From: a virus
Taxonomy: Duplodnaviria > Caudoviricetes
Direction: 5' to 3' (one strand)
DNA length: 27,629 nucleotides
Virus record (IMG/VR): IMGVR_UViG_3300027798_003445
Coordinates: 1-27,629 of that record
The notes under the pieces were generated by a model. The model was given only the letters and a program-made list of their open reading frames with translations, searched no databases and had not been told where the DNA came from. Made by a program: the position numbers and the translations under genes. Position 1 is the first letter of the stretch. Each line of letters opens with the position of its first letter. Positions 16,454 through 25,535 of this stretch are shown in pieces.

Positions 16454-19400
16454 ATGGCAAATGTTGCAAAGTTACAAAAGAAAAGAAACACGTTGTTTCT
16501 TACCCCTAAGCGCAAGCTAACCAGCGTCATTAAGCCCACAACGGTTGACACTACGTCTGTTGCCCCCACAGCCCCTGTAACTGGCGGCACCGCACCTGTA
16601 ACTGGCGGTACTACTCCTGTAACTGGCGGTAGCCCTATTCCCAACACGCCAATCAACACAACGGCTGGATCGGGCACATCAGTAATTTCGCCAACAGTTA
16701 CAAATACACCTACAACTGGATTGCCAGCCGCAGTTACGCCAACAGCACCTAAAACAAATACGATAACCGATAAGCTTACAAATGCCGCCGTTATTGGTGG
16801 CGCCACGCTCGCGGGTAAATATCTTTATGACAAGTTTGGCAATATTGTCAAAGAAGCAATTAGTCCAAGTACACCAACAGTTAAGCCACCTGTTACATCG
16901 GTAGTTAAGCCACCAACCGTAGTAAAACCACCCGTAGTCACGCCGCCTGTAGTTAAGCCACCACCCGTAGCCCCTCCCCCCACTTCAGTGGTAATACCGC
17001 CTAAGTTACAAACCGAACAAGATGCATTGGTTAAGGCGGCAAACACCGCAAAAGAAACGGCGGCTCACGATGCGTTGGCTAATTCTTTTAAAGATCAAGG
17101 TACAAAAGTTGGCTTACCTGTCAACACAATTCCTAACAGTGCAAACCCTAGCGGGGGTAGCACTATTGATGAGTCAATGTTCGACGACCCTCTTGATCAA
17201 GGACAAAAGCTTGGGTTAGAGGAAAACGTAATTCCAAATAACACACCATCTGAAGAAACCACTTTAGATGAGTCGATGTTTGATGACCCTCTTGATTATG
17301 GACAAAAACTTGGGTTAGAAGAAAACGTAATACCCAATTACACCCCGTCGGAAGAAACCACCTTAGATGAGTCAATGTTTGATTTTAAGGATGAATACAC
17401 TCAAGACGACAAAGGTAACAGTTATAAAATTATTGACGATAAGCCCGTTTTGATTCGCTCCCCCGAAGCTGATCAAGATATTGCTGAAGAAGATTATGAC
17501 TTGTTTGATACAAACCCCGAAGATACTGACCAAGGCACTGACCTTGGCTTAGATTACAACATCATTCCTGACTACACGCCACCAAGCTCAAGCACTATTG
17601 ATGAGTCAATGTTTGATGATCCAAGCGAAATTGTTGCTCCTGTACAGGGAGGATTAGGACAAACACAAGCTGATATTCTTAACACTATTCAAGATACTCC
17701 AGTGTCAGAACCTGCGCCGTTATCAGACACTGCGTCGAAGATTGGCATATTTGCTAATCCTGTTTATCCTGAATCACCCGCAGAACCAACGCCAGTGGCT
17801 ACTGAGCCAAGCGCAGAACCAGTGCTTGTTAAAGATGAGTCGGGCAACTTGTTTTTGGCTAACGCTGATGGATCTTATTCACCCGCAGACGAGGGTGGCA
17901 ACGCCGTTGGCGAACCAATATTTATGGGTGGCAATGAAGCTGGGGCGGGCACAGAATACGCTGACAGCGGTTTGGGTGATACAGCCCTAGATACTGCTGG
18001 TGGTGGTGGCTATGAGGCCTATGACGAAGCGGGAAACCTATACCTTGTTGGTGATGATGGTTCATTTACTTTGCTTGAGCCCGCCCCCCAAGATACAGCA
18101 GTGCTTGATGGTGGGTCAAATTACCTTCCTGAAGCAACAGAAAATAACGACACATCAAGTTATGTAGACCCAAGCCTAGGATACGACCCAAGCGCGGGAT
18201 ATGAGGCTTATGACGACGCGGGCAACTTGTTTTTTGTTGGCGATGATGGGTCATTCACTTTGCTTGAACCCGCTATTGAAGAGCCTACATTTGAAGAACC
18301 TATATTAGAAGAACCAGCACTACAAGAGCCCACATTTGACGAACCTGTATTGGAAGAGCCTGTATTTGAAGAGCCTGTATTAGAAGAATTTACATACGAA
18401 GATCCCAGTGCAGGGTACGATCCAAATGCAGGGTATGAAGCTTATGACGATGCGGGCAACCTGTACTTTGTTGGCGACGACGGCTCATTTACTTTGCTTG
18501 AGCCTGCTTACGAGGAGCCCGCATATGAAGAGCCCCCACCATACTACGAGCCCGATTTAAGCTACCTAGACGATTTTGTATACGAAGAGCCCGAGTACGG
18601 GTTTAATTTTGACGATGACTTTAGTTATTATGACGAACCACCACCGTACATTGAGCCTGACCTAAGTTATTTGGATGATTACTCATCTTATTTCGATGAT
18701 TACACATACGAAGATCCCAATTATGGGTATACCTACGACTATGACCCCAGCTACTATGAAGAGCCGTACTTTGACAATTACGAATCTGATTTAAGTTATT
18801 TAGACGACTTTAAACGAGGTGGCAAAGTGCAAAAAATGAAAAGAGGCGGCTTGCCGCGTTTCTACACAGGCGGTGGCGCTACTTATTCAGCCGCCGACTA
18901 TGAGGCAATGGCAACGCCTATTGCAATGAATAGCTATACAGGAAGTTCGGGTGGCAATGAATACTTTGGCGACCCATCGGATTACACAGACGCAAGTGTA
19001 TACCCGTATGTTGAAGACCCAACTGACTATACAAATACAGACGTTTACAACAAGCCATATGTTGACGACCCATCTGACTACACAAATCCTATTTACAACA
19101 ATAATGAAGGGGAAAATGTTTTTAACCCATACGACCTGCGTGCTGATGAACAACTAATTGAAGACGAAGATGGTCGAAAATTTGCCGTCAATGACGATGG
19201 CGATTACAGATTATTAGAGGACTTCAAATACCCAACAAATGCAGATCCAACAAGACCAACTTATTCAACAACCACGCCAAAAGTAAATAACGTTACGTCA
19301 AATTACACGGATGTTCCCAAAACCTCAAGCAATAGCGGCTTCAATTTAAAAGACATCTTCAGTACAGACAATATCAAAACGCTTGCTGGCGCAGGATTGG

Positions 19401-20119
19401 GTGCCGCTGGATTGATGTCTCTTTACAATTCTTTTAAGGACAAAGAGACAAACGCCTACAGACCTGCCGCGTACACGCCACCAGCAATTCCCTCGCGCAC
19501 AACTGACTTTGGCATTGGCCCAGCAAGAACGGTGAATCCTCAAATGGGTGGCTTGCAAACAATGACGCCAAGCCAGCAAGAGAATCTGTACACAAACTTG
19601 GGTGTGGCTGGCTACGAGCAAGAATACGAAGACCCCGTAGAGGATCCCGTTGTTGATCAACCCATGGCAGACGGCGGCTATGCCCAACCGCAACAATCTC
19701 AACCTGCCTCGCCATCGTATTTCACTTATGGCATGCCACAAGACCCGTTAGAAGTGCTTGGCGTGCGCCAGCCCCAACAAAAACCTGAGGGCGGTGGACT
19801 GCAAATGAGACGTGGTGGCTTGCCCCACCCAACCGCAGGCGTGCCCATAGTTCAAGGGCGTCAAGATTACCGCCAAGGCGCGGCAGTCAACGGTGAGGGT
19901 GATGGGCAGAGCGACGATATACCCGCTATGCTGGCTGATGGAGAATACGTCTTTGATTCGGATGTTGTTGCCGCACTGGGCAATGGTTCAAACAAAGCTG
20001 GCGCCGAAGTGTTAGACAAGTTCCGAGAGTCGATCCGCGCCCACAAGCGATCAGCGCCAATTGGCAAAATTCCACCAAAGGCTAAATCGCCCTTGGCTTA
20101 CCTGAAAGAGGCAAAATAA
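16454..20119 (+). CDS. Large acidic low-complexity putative internal virion protein (1221 aa)
   Basis: Pro/Thr N-terminus, acidic repeats, Tyr-rich tract, xxGG motifs; C-terminal GEGDGQSDDIPAMLADGEYVF..DVVAALGNGS..AGA domain seen in phage ejection/tape-measure proteins. Confidence 0.75.
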   Translation: MANVAKLQKKRNTLFLTPKRKLTSVIKPTTVDTTSVAPTAPVTGGTAPVTGGTTPVTGGSPIPNTPINTTAGSGTSVISPTVTNTPTTGLPAAVTPTAPKTNTITDKLTNAAVIGGATLAGKYLYDKFGNIVKEAISPSTPTVKPPVTSVVKPPTVVKPPVVTPPVVKPPPVAPPPTSVVIPPKLQTEQDALVKAANTAKETAAHDALANSFKDQGTKVGLPVNTIPNSANPSGGSTIDESMFDDPLDQGQKLGLEENVIPNNTPSEETTLDESMFDDPLDYGQKLGLEENVIPNYTPSEETTLDESMFDFKDEYTQDDKGNSYKIIDDKPVLIRSPEADQDIAEEDYDLFDTNPEDTDQGTDLGLDYNIIPDYTPPSSSTIDESMFDDPSEIVAPVQGGLGQTQADILNTIQDTPVSEPAPLSDTASKIGIFANPVYPESPAEPTPVATEPSAEPVLVKDESGNLFLANADGSYSPADEGGNAVGEPIFMGGNEAGAGTEYADSGLGDTALDTAGGGGYEAYDEAGNLYLVGDDGSFTLLEPAPQDTAVLDGGSNYLPEATENNDTSSYVDPSLGYDPSAGYEAYDDAGNLFFVGDDGSFTLLEPAIEEPTFEEPILEEPALQEPTFDEPVLEEPVFEEPVLEEFTYEDPSAGYDPNAGYEAYDDAGNLYFVGDDGSFTLLEPAYEEPAYEEPPPYYEPDLSYLDDFVYEEPEYGFNFDDDFSYYDEPPPYIEPDLSYLDDYSSYFDDYTYEDPNYGYTYDYDPSYYEEPYFDNYESDLSYLDDFKRGGKVQKMKRGGLPRFYTGGGATYSAADYEAMATPIAMNSYTGSSGGNEYFGDPSDYTDASVYPYVEDPTDYTNTDVYNKPYVDDPSDYTNPIYNNNEGENVFNPYDLRADEQLIEDEDGRKFAVNDDGDYRLLEDFKYPTNADPTRPTYSTTTPKVNNVTSNYTDVPKTSSNSGFNLKDIFSTDNIKTLAGAGLGAAGLMSLYNSFKDKETNAYRPAAYTPPAIPSRTTDFGIGPARTVNPQMGGLQTMTPSQQENLYTNLGVAGYEQEYEDPVEDPVVDQPMADGGYAQPQQSQPASPSYFTYGMPQDPLEVLGVRQPQQKPEGGGLQMRRGGLPHPTAGVPIVQGRQDYRQGAAVNGEGDGQSDDIPAMLADGEYVFDSDVVAALGNGSNKAGAEVLDKFRESIRAHKRSAPIGKIPPKAKSPLAYLKEAK
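17093..17625 (+). repeat. 33-aa (99 nt) acidic repeat DQGxxLGLxxNxIPxxxPxxxxTxDESMFDDP
   Basis: DESMF at 17168, 17267 and 17366 (99 nt period), plus a fourth at 17600. Confidence 0.9.
18008..18508 (+). repeat. Three GYEAYDxAGNLxxVGDDGSFTLLEPA repeats with an intervening EEPxx pentapeptide run
   Basis: Copies at about 18008, 18198 and 18431; about eight 15-nt EEPxx units at about 18278-18400. Confidence 0.9.
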
Positions 20120-21096
20120 TGGCTATGTTTCAAGGCTCCCCCTTAGAAAATATAACGACGGTCAAGTCAACTCAGGATACCGTTCCTCAGTATGTGACCG
20201 ACTACCAACAAGACATCATTAACCTTGGTAAAAACGCCGTTCAACAAGGTGGTGTGGCTAATCTGTCGCCGCTGACTCAGCAGGCTATGAACATGGCACC
20301 ACAGGTTGCGTTTGCAGGCGCAACCAGCGCTGGCACAGGGCAAGATCTTTTGACTCAAGCTGGTTACACAGGCTCAAATCAAATTGTTCAAAACTACATG
20401 AATCCATACACGAAAAACGTGGTGGATGAAATGGCGCGTTTATCAAACAAAAACCAGCGTGAAAATATTATGCCCGCGCTGGATGCTGGGTCGATTGCAA
20501 CAGGTAATTTTGGATCAGGGCGCATGGCAAACGTGCAGGGTCAAACCCTTGCTGATATTCAAGCGGCTTTGACGGGTCAGCAATATGGCGCACTAAGCAA
20601 AGGTTACACAGACGCTATGAGTGCGGCGTCAAATGACCTTAATCGCGGCGTGCAAGCTGGCTCAGCGTTAAACAATACAGCGCAAATTCAAAATGCAATT
20701 GGCACAAGTGGGTTGAAGTCAATGGCTGATTTGGGCGGGCTTGCACAAACAAACGAGCAGGCTAAGCTGGACTACCCAATGGCGCAAGCGTCTAAGTTCT
20801 CGGAGTTGATGCGACAGCAAGACATACCTAAGGGGCAGACTGGGGCAACCACCGCCCCGGGTTCTCAGGGCCAATACGGCATGAGCGGTCTTCAAGAAAT
20901 GATTGCTTTGTATGCCCTTTACCAAGCAATCAATGATCCAACCACCAAGCCCGCTGATCTGTCAGGACTCATTAGCACACAAAAGGCGGCAGAGGGCGGT
21001 TCAATTACTTCAACGGGTTCAGAAGTTCCCGAGGGTGCTGTTTTTTATGATGAAGACGGCAATTTTTATGACGCCGAAGGCAACAAGATAGGATAA
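20119..21096 (+). CDS. Putative DNA pilot/ejection protein
   Basis: Gln/Ala/Gly-rich; LSPLTQQA, YMNPYT..VVD and GNFGSGR motifs typical of podoviral ejection proteins; TAATG coupling. Confidence 0.7.
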   Translation: MAMFQGSPLENITTVKSTQDTVPQYVTDYQQDIINLGKNAVQQGGVANLSPLTQQAMNMAPQVAFAGATSAGTGQDLLTQAGYTGSNQIVQNYMNPYTKNVVDEMARLSNKNQRENIMPALDAGSIATGNFGSGRMANVQGQTLADIQAALTGQQYGALSKGYTDAMSAASNDLNRGVQAGSALNNTAQIQNAIGTSGLKSMADLGGLAQTNEQAKLDYPMAQASKFSELMRQQDIPKGQTGATTAPGSQGQYGMSGLQEMIALYALYQAINDPTTKPADLSGLISTQKAAEGGSITSTGSEVPEGAVFYDEDGNFYDAEGNKIG

Positions 21097-21099
21097 AAA

Positions 21100-22881
21100 A
21101 TGGCAGTCGTACCCGACCAATTACAAGAAGCTCCTAAGGGTGGCTTAAGCCAAGCCGCGCTACCTGCGCAAGTAAACACGCCTATAAACCCCACCAAGGC
21201 GGCTATGAATGCCGCAATTGATGAGGAAGAAGCGCCTATTGATCCCATAGAAAAAGCAACGCGGAAAATGGCGGTGGATAGAGAGGTTCTTACTGCGCAG
21301 ATAGACAAGCTGTCTAAATCGTTAAGTGCACGCCAAAACTTACCGTTCAACCCCATGTATTTGGAAATAGCAAGAGCCGCCGCAAAGCCTGCGTCTACGG
21401 GTAGCGCAATTGAAGCTCTTGGCAATATTGGTGGCGCGTATGGTGATGCATACCTAAAAGAAAACCAACGCCAAATAGACATTGAAAAAGATCAGGTTGA
21501 TTTGCTCAAGCAAAAGCAAGCATTGAATCAAATGGGTCTTGAGCAAGAGTTAAGAATCAACTACTTCAAAGACCCTAGCGCCAAAAAGATGCCCGCAGGG
21601 CCCTTGCCGCCCGTCGCAGGAGCCCTAGGAAGCGCACCATCTGCGCCAACAACGACTGGGGGTACGCAAACTATTGAGTCACCGCCTGATCTTGTTGAAC
21701 CAAATCAAATGCGCCGTATAACTGCTAATGACATTGCCATGTTGCAAGGCGTATCTCCAAAATTAGCTGAAGAGCTAAGGGGCTTATCAAAACTTCAGCG
21801 TGAAGCCCAAGTTGTGAGCACTGAGGGCATTTGGGACACCATGGCAGGCAAATGGGTGGTGAAGTTCCAATCCAGCATTGAACGACCCATGCGCGTGATT
21901 GGCAATGTGAAAATGACCAAGGATCAGTCTGATAAATACGATCAGTTGGAAGCAAGCTTACAGGGCAAATCCGAACAAGAAAAAAATGATGCCGTTGCTA
22001 ATTTTGCGGCTGATGCTGGTCTTGGTGGCGTGCGCAGAGCCAATGATGGAAAAATTACAGGGTTCCAAGGGGCGGCAGAAAAAGAACTTTCCCAAGAAGA
22101 AGCCAAACAAAGAATGAAGGACAGGGTAGAGGCAGATAAAGTAAGTTCTGAAAAAATCTTTAGCGATGGAAAGCGGGCTGGGGCTACTAAGCAAGCCGCA
22201 AAGGTCTTGTACAACCTAGCCTCGGATCCTGAGACAAAAGGTGCTTTTGGCGTGTTAAAAGAACCCGGCGTCGTGAACGCATTTGCTGTCGCCGTTGCCC
22301 AATTTTTAGATAGGGGATCCTTTGGAACCGCAGGTTTAGAAGATGCTGTGCGCACCGCTGGGGGCACCAAGAAAGTAATTGAAGCCGCCTCTTACGTTGC
22401 GTCAATCCAAGGACAACTGCAACTCATGGCGGCTCAAGACTACTTAAAAGGTCAAGGCGCTGTTTCTGATGCTGAGCGTCGCTTGATAGCCAACCTTGTT
22501 GGATCTTTATCGGACACACCACAATCTGTAGCTATGAAAGCTAAGGTAGTAGAAGCGCGTGCCGATTTTGATAGATATGTTGCGGACGCCTTTTACGAAT
22601 GGAGAAATAAAACTGGAAATTCAACAAGGACAGTAGAAGATTTTTATCGTGAAAAAGACGGTGAATACAAAATATTGTTTAAAGAATACGATGATCATAT
22701 GAACGCTTTGTATTCGCACTACTTTGGTTCAAGCAAGCAAAAATCAGTTGCGCCAACCGAAAGCAAAGTTGTAAAGCCAAAGCCTAGTGCCCCCGAAACA
22801 ACGCAAGGCCAAACACCAAAAACACCTCGTCCAGTTGGCCCCCTAGAACAGCGCATTAGAAACAGCAAGGCAGGTACCTAA
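21100..22881 (+). CDS. Putative internal virion/ejection protein (593 aa)
   Basis: Helical; LKGQGAVSDAERR motif; position among ejection genes. Confidence 0.65.
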   Translation: MAVVPDQLQEAPKGGLSQAALPAQVNTPINPTKAAMNAAIDEEEAPIDPIEKATRKMAVDREVLTAQIDKLSKSLSARQNLPFNPMYLEIARAAAKPASTGSAIEALGNIGGAYGDAYLKENQRQIDIEKDQVDLLKQKQALNQMGLEQELRINYFKDPSAKKMPAGPLPPVAGALGSAPSAPTTTGGTQTIESPPDLVEPNQMRRITANDIAMLQGVSPKLAEELRGLSKLQREAQVVSTEGIWDTMAGKWVVKFQSSIERPMRVIGNVKMTKDQSDKYDQLEASLQGKSEQEKNDAVANFAADAGLGGVRRANDGKITGFQGAAEKELSQEEAKQRMKDRVEADKVSSEKIFSDGKRAGATKQAAKVLYNLASDPETKGAFGVLKEPGVVNAFAVAVAQFLDRGSFGTAGLEDAVRTAGGTKKVIEAASYVASIQGQLQLMAAQDYLKGQGAVSDAERRLIANLVGSLSDTPQSVAMKAKVVEARADFDRYVADAFYEWRNKTGNSTRTVEDFYREKDGEYKILFKEYDDHMNALYSHYFGSSKQKSVAPTESKVVKPKPSAPETTQGQTPKTPRPVGPLEQRIRNSKAGT

Positions 22882-24773
22882 TGGACTTTGGCAACTTATC
22901 CCGCGAACAAAAAGAATACGCCTTAGCCATTGCTGATAAAGCAAGAGAGATGGGCGTTGACCCTGACTTAGCTATTGCTGTTGCTTTTCGTGAAAGTTCA
23001 TTTGATCCCAAAGCTATTGGTGAGCCAATTGGAGGGGATCCAAACCGCCGAGCAATTGGTTTGATGCAAATAGACCCTGTAAATACAAAGGGTCTCAAGA
23101 TGACAATAGAGGACTTGCACGACCCTAAAAAAAATATAGCCGCAGGCATACAGATCCTCAAGGAAAACTTAGACAGGTACAAAGGAAACACACGCGCCGC
23201 GCTGGTTGCCTACCAATCAAATCTTGATTATGCAAAAAAATATTTGGAGTCTGACGAAAACTTTGATGTATTGCCAGCGAAAACGCGCAAGTACCTTGAA
23301 GACATTGATGCTATACACAAAATATACGCGGTAGGCGACGCAAACAAGGGCGACGCAAAGCCTGTGGCAAGCAAGGCGGGCCCAAGCAGATTTGGTGAGC
23401 TACCCCCGCTTGAGGAAGGCCAACAACCTATTGCAGACATCACTCAATCCACTCAATCGCAAGAGCCTCCATCAAAGTTTGGGTACATTGATGAAAACAA
23501 AATAGTGGAGCAGACAGAGGCGGCGGCAAAAGCCCCGCCGCCTGAGCCAACACTGTATGACCGCGCCAACAAAACGCTTACTGACGTCTACAAAGCCGCC
23601 GACAAAAATCGTGAATTAACTGGAGCCGTTGCCGCAAGTGGCACGGCAGGTTTGTTGCTAGGAAGGTTCGGCAAAGATACGCTGGACAGGCAAACAGCCG
23701 CCCTTGATACAGAAAAAACTAATTTAAAAGGCTTGCAGGCGGGAGCCGCTAAAGGCTTGGAAGAAAGTAACAAGCTTACGGGTGGGGCAAAAAGCGCATT
23801 GGATGAGCTTGATGAGGTGTTAGCCCAGCGCAAACAAAACTTACTTGTACGCGAGGAGGAGCTACGCAAGCTTCAAGCTCAGTTGGCAGATAAAGCGCCG
23901 CCTGAATTCAGAGGTGCTCAAAAATATACAGACACTTTGGGTGGCGATGATGTGCCCTTTGAGCAAAAAAAAGGTGCTGAAAATTATCGGGGAGATAACA
24001 CCAAGGGCGGGCAAAACATCATTAATCAAAACAGCGCCAACAAACGGCGACTTGAAAAAATTGGTTTAGGCCAAGGATTTAGTTTGACCCCGCCCGTACC
24101 GGGGCAACTCGCAGTGCCCAACGACATTGCCGCAGAGCGCAATGCTAAGTTTCTTGCTGAACAACAAGCTCAAAACAGCGCCGCCTTAGAGGCTCAGCGC
24201 AAAGCCGAGATTGCCCGCAAAGAGGTAGAAGAAACGCAACGCTTACGTGACAGGGCTGAAAAGACCAACTACAGCAGAACTGAGGAAGCTTTGTCAAAGG
24301 GGGCCAAGACAGCAGAAACAATGGCTGACGCAGAAGCTAAGGTAGCTGACCTCGCCAAAAAAGCGCCCACAGGGCTTGGTAAGGCGGGCGTGTTTGCTGG
24401 CAAGGTAGCTGGTAAGACCATAGGAGCGCTTGCGGGTATTTCGGTGCCGCTTGCCGCAGATGAGGCGGCTAAGAGGTTTGCAAGCGGTGACAAGGTGGGC
24501 GGTACTATTGCACTTGCAGAAACGGTATTGGCGGCAATGGCTATGGTGCCCCCCGGTACACCGATCACAGCCGTCCTGAAGGCCTTGGGCATAGGTGGGG
24601 GCCTTGCCGTTGCTACCATTGATTACTTAAGAAACAGAGAGAGCAAGCCAGCTAAGCCAGCGCCACAGCCAGCCAATACACCACCAAGACCGCCAAGTGG
24701 CGGGTTGAGCCAGTATCAAGAAAGAAAGCCCAACGGCATCTATAAAGACGCCTATGGGCGGTATCATGGGTGA
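22881..24773 (+). CDS. Virion-associated lytic transglycosylase (N-terminal SLT domain) ejection protein
   Basis: A...GVDP.LAIAVAFRESSFDPKA, AIGLMQI, L.DP.KNI.AG...L and ALVAY motifs; C-terminal Gly/Ala hydrophobic helices. Confidence 0.85.
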   Translation: MDFGNLSREQKEYALAIADKAREMGVDPDLAIAVAFRESSFDPKAIGEPIGGDPNRRAIGLMQIDPVNTKGLKMTIEDLHDPKKNIAAGIQILKENLDRYKGNTRAALVAYQSNLDYAKKYLESDENFDVLPAKTRKYLEDIDAIHKIYAVGDANKGDAKPVASKAGPSRFGELPPLEEGQQPIADITQSTQSQEPPSKFGYIDENKIVEQTEAAAKAPPPEPTLYDRANKTLTDVYKAADKNRELTGAVAASGTAGLLLGRFGKDTLDRQTAALDTEKTNLKGLQAGAAKGLEESNKLTGGAKSALDELDEVLAQRKQNLLVREEELRKLQAQLADKAPPEFRGAQKYTDTLGGDDVPFEQKKGAENYRGDNTKGGQNIINQNSANKRRLEKIGLGQGFSLTPPVPGQLAVPNDIAAERNAKFLAEQQAQNSAALEAQRKAEIARKEVEETQRLRDRAEKTNYSRTEEALSKGAKTAETMADAEAKVADLAKKAPTGLGKAGVFAGKVAGKTIGALAGISVPLAADEAAKRFASGDKVGGTIALAETVLAAMAMVPPGTPITAVLKALGIGGGLAVATIDYLRNRESKPAKPAPQPANTPPRPPSGGLSQYQERKPNGIYKDAYGRYHG

Positions 24774-24792
24774 AGCAGTTGCCTGCTCCTTT

Positions 24793-24817
24793 GCCCCACT
24801 TCGGTGGGGTTTTTTTT
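24793..24817 (+). terminator. Rho-independent terminator of late operon
   Basis: GCCCCAC-TTCG-GTGGGGT stem with cUUCGg tetraloop followed by a T run, 19 nt after the last + strand stop. Confidence 0.92.
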
Positions 24818-25211
24818 ATTCTTGTTTAGCCCAATACCCGTAGACCATCTTGTGGGATGGGTTACTAATGTCGTTTGGTACGCCGTCAATGACAGCCACT
24901 AAGTGATGCGCCTGCCTTGCAATAACTACGCCCTTTGGCATGTCTGCGCAACGCGCTTTACGTCCATCAAACTTTGGGGCTGACATCCAAACCCAACCAT
25001 GCTGTTGCAAGAAAGGAATGTAAACTTTTTTGGTCAGGCCGTTACGAGCAGATTTTGCATTGCCGTAATCCTTGTTGGCTTGAGCCAATTGTTTGTATAC
25101 CGTTTTGTAGTCAAGGTTCATTGCAATGCAGATTGCACGAACTACGCAGTCGCCTGCAATACCTTTAAACCCTGCGGCTCCACGGCCCCCGTCGTTGTAT
25201 TGATATTTCAT
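24816..25211 (-). CDS. Hypothetical protein with GDCVVRAI...HLVAVIDG motif (possible Cys/His hydrolase fold)
   Basis: AAGGAAG RBS, ATG start, 131 aa; Cys and His in papain-like spacing. Confidence 0.7.
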   Translation of the reverse strand: MKYQYNDGGRGAAGFKGIAGDCVVRAICIAMNLDYKTVYKQLAQANKDYGNAKSARNGLTKKVYIPFLQQHGWVWMSAPKFDGRKARCADMPKGVVIARQAHHLVAVIDGVPNDISNPSHKMVYGYWAKQE

Positions 25212-25229
25212 TTTGCTTCCTTTTCGCTG

Positions 25230-25308
25230 TTGATAAAATGTCCTAAGACTATATTATAACGCGCCAGGAACCGATTCGGTTGACAGGGTTACCGAATTTT
25301 TTTAAGTT
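25230..25308. promoter_or_regulatory. Intergenic control region: leftward TATAAT, AACCGA-T-TCGGTT palindrome and rightward sigma70-like promoter
   Basis: Minus-strand TATAAT at 25258-25253; perfect inverted repeat 25269-25281; plus-strand TTGACA (25280-25285), 17 nt spacer, TAAGTT (25303-25308). Confidence 0.55.
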
Positions 25309-25528
25309 TTTCTTCAGACCACTGACTTAATTGAGCGCCAACATTCTCGTTGAGGCTTGAAACAAACGAAATTGCCTCGCGGTATGCCCGTTCAGTCTTT
25401 TCGTACTCCACCGCCTTTTCAACATTCTCTGCAAATTGAATGTAGTCAATGTCAACAGCCAGCACCGCACCTAAGCGCGGGTGACCACTGTGAAAAAATA
25501 TCTCTCTGATTTTGCTTTCGGTCAGCAT
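25289..25528 (-). CDS. Hypothetical protein (79 aa)
   Basis: GAGGG RBS, ATG start; follows the nuclease gene in the operon. Confidence 0.7.
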   Translation of the reverse strand: MLTESKIREIFFHSGHPRLGAVLAVDIDYIQFAENVEKAVEYEKTERAYREAISFVSSLNENVGAQLSQWSEEKLKKIR

Positions 25529-25535
25529 GCAACCC

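Noticed and set aside
16442-16456. In-frame TAG-GAA-GCA-AAA-ATG suggesting amber read-through into a 2400-aa fusion or a recoded genetic code
   Set aside because: The TAG forms part of the next gene's AGGA RBS, several other junctions (280/290, 2817/2827, 21096/21100) are also in frame, and genes are intact under the standard code
16072-17400. Periodic 30-nt and 99-nt repeats as a possible CRISPR array
   Set aside because: They are in-frame coding repeats with third-position variation and no unique spacers
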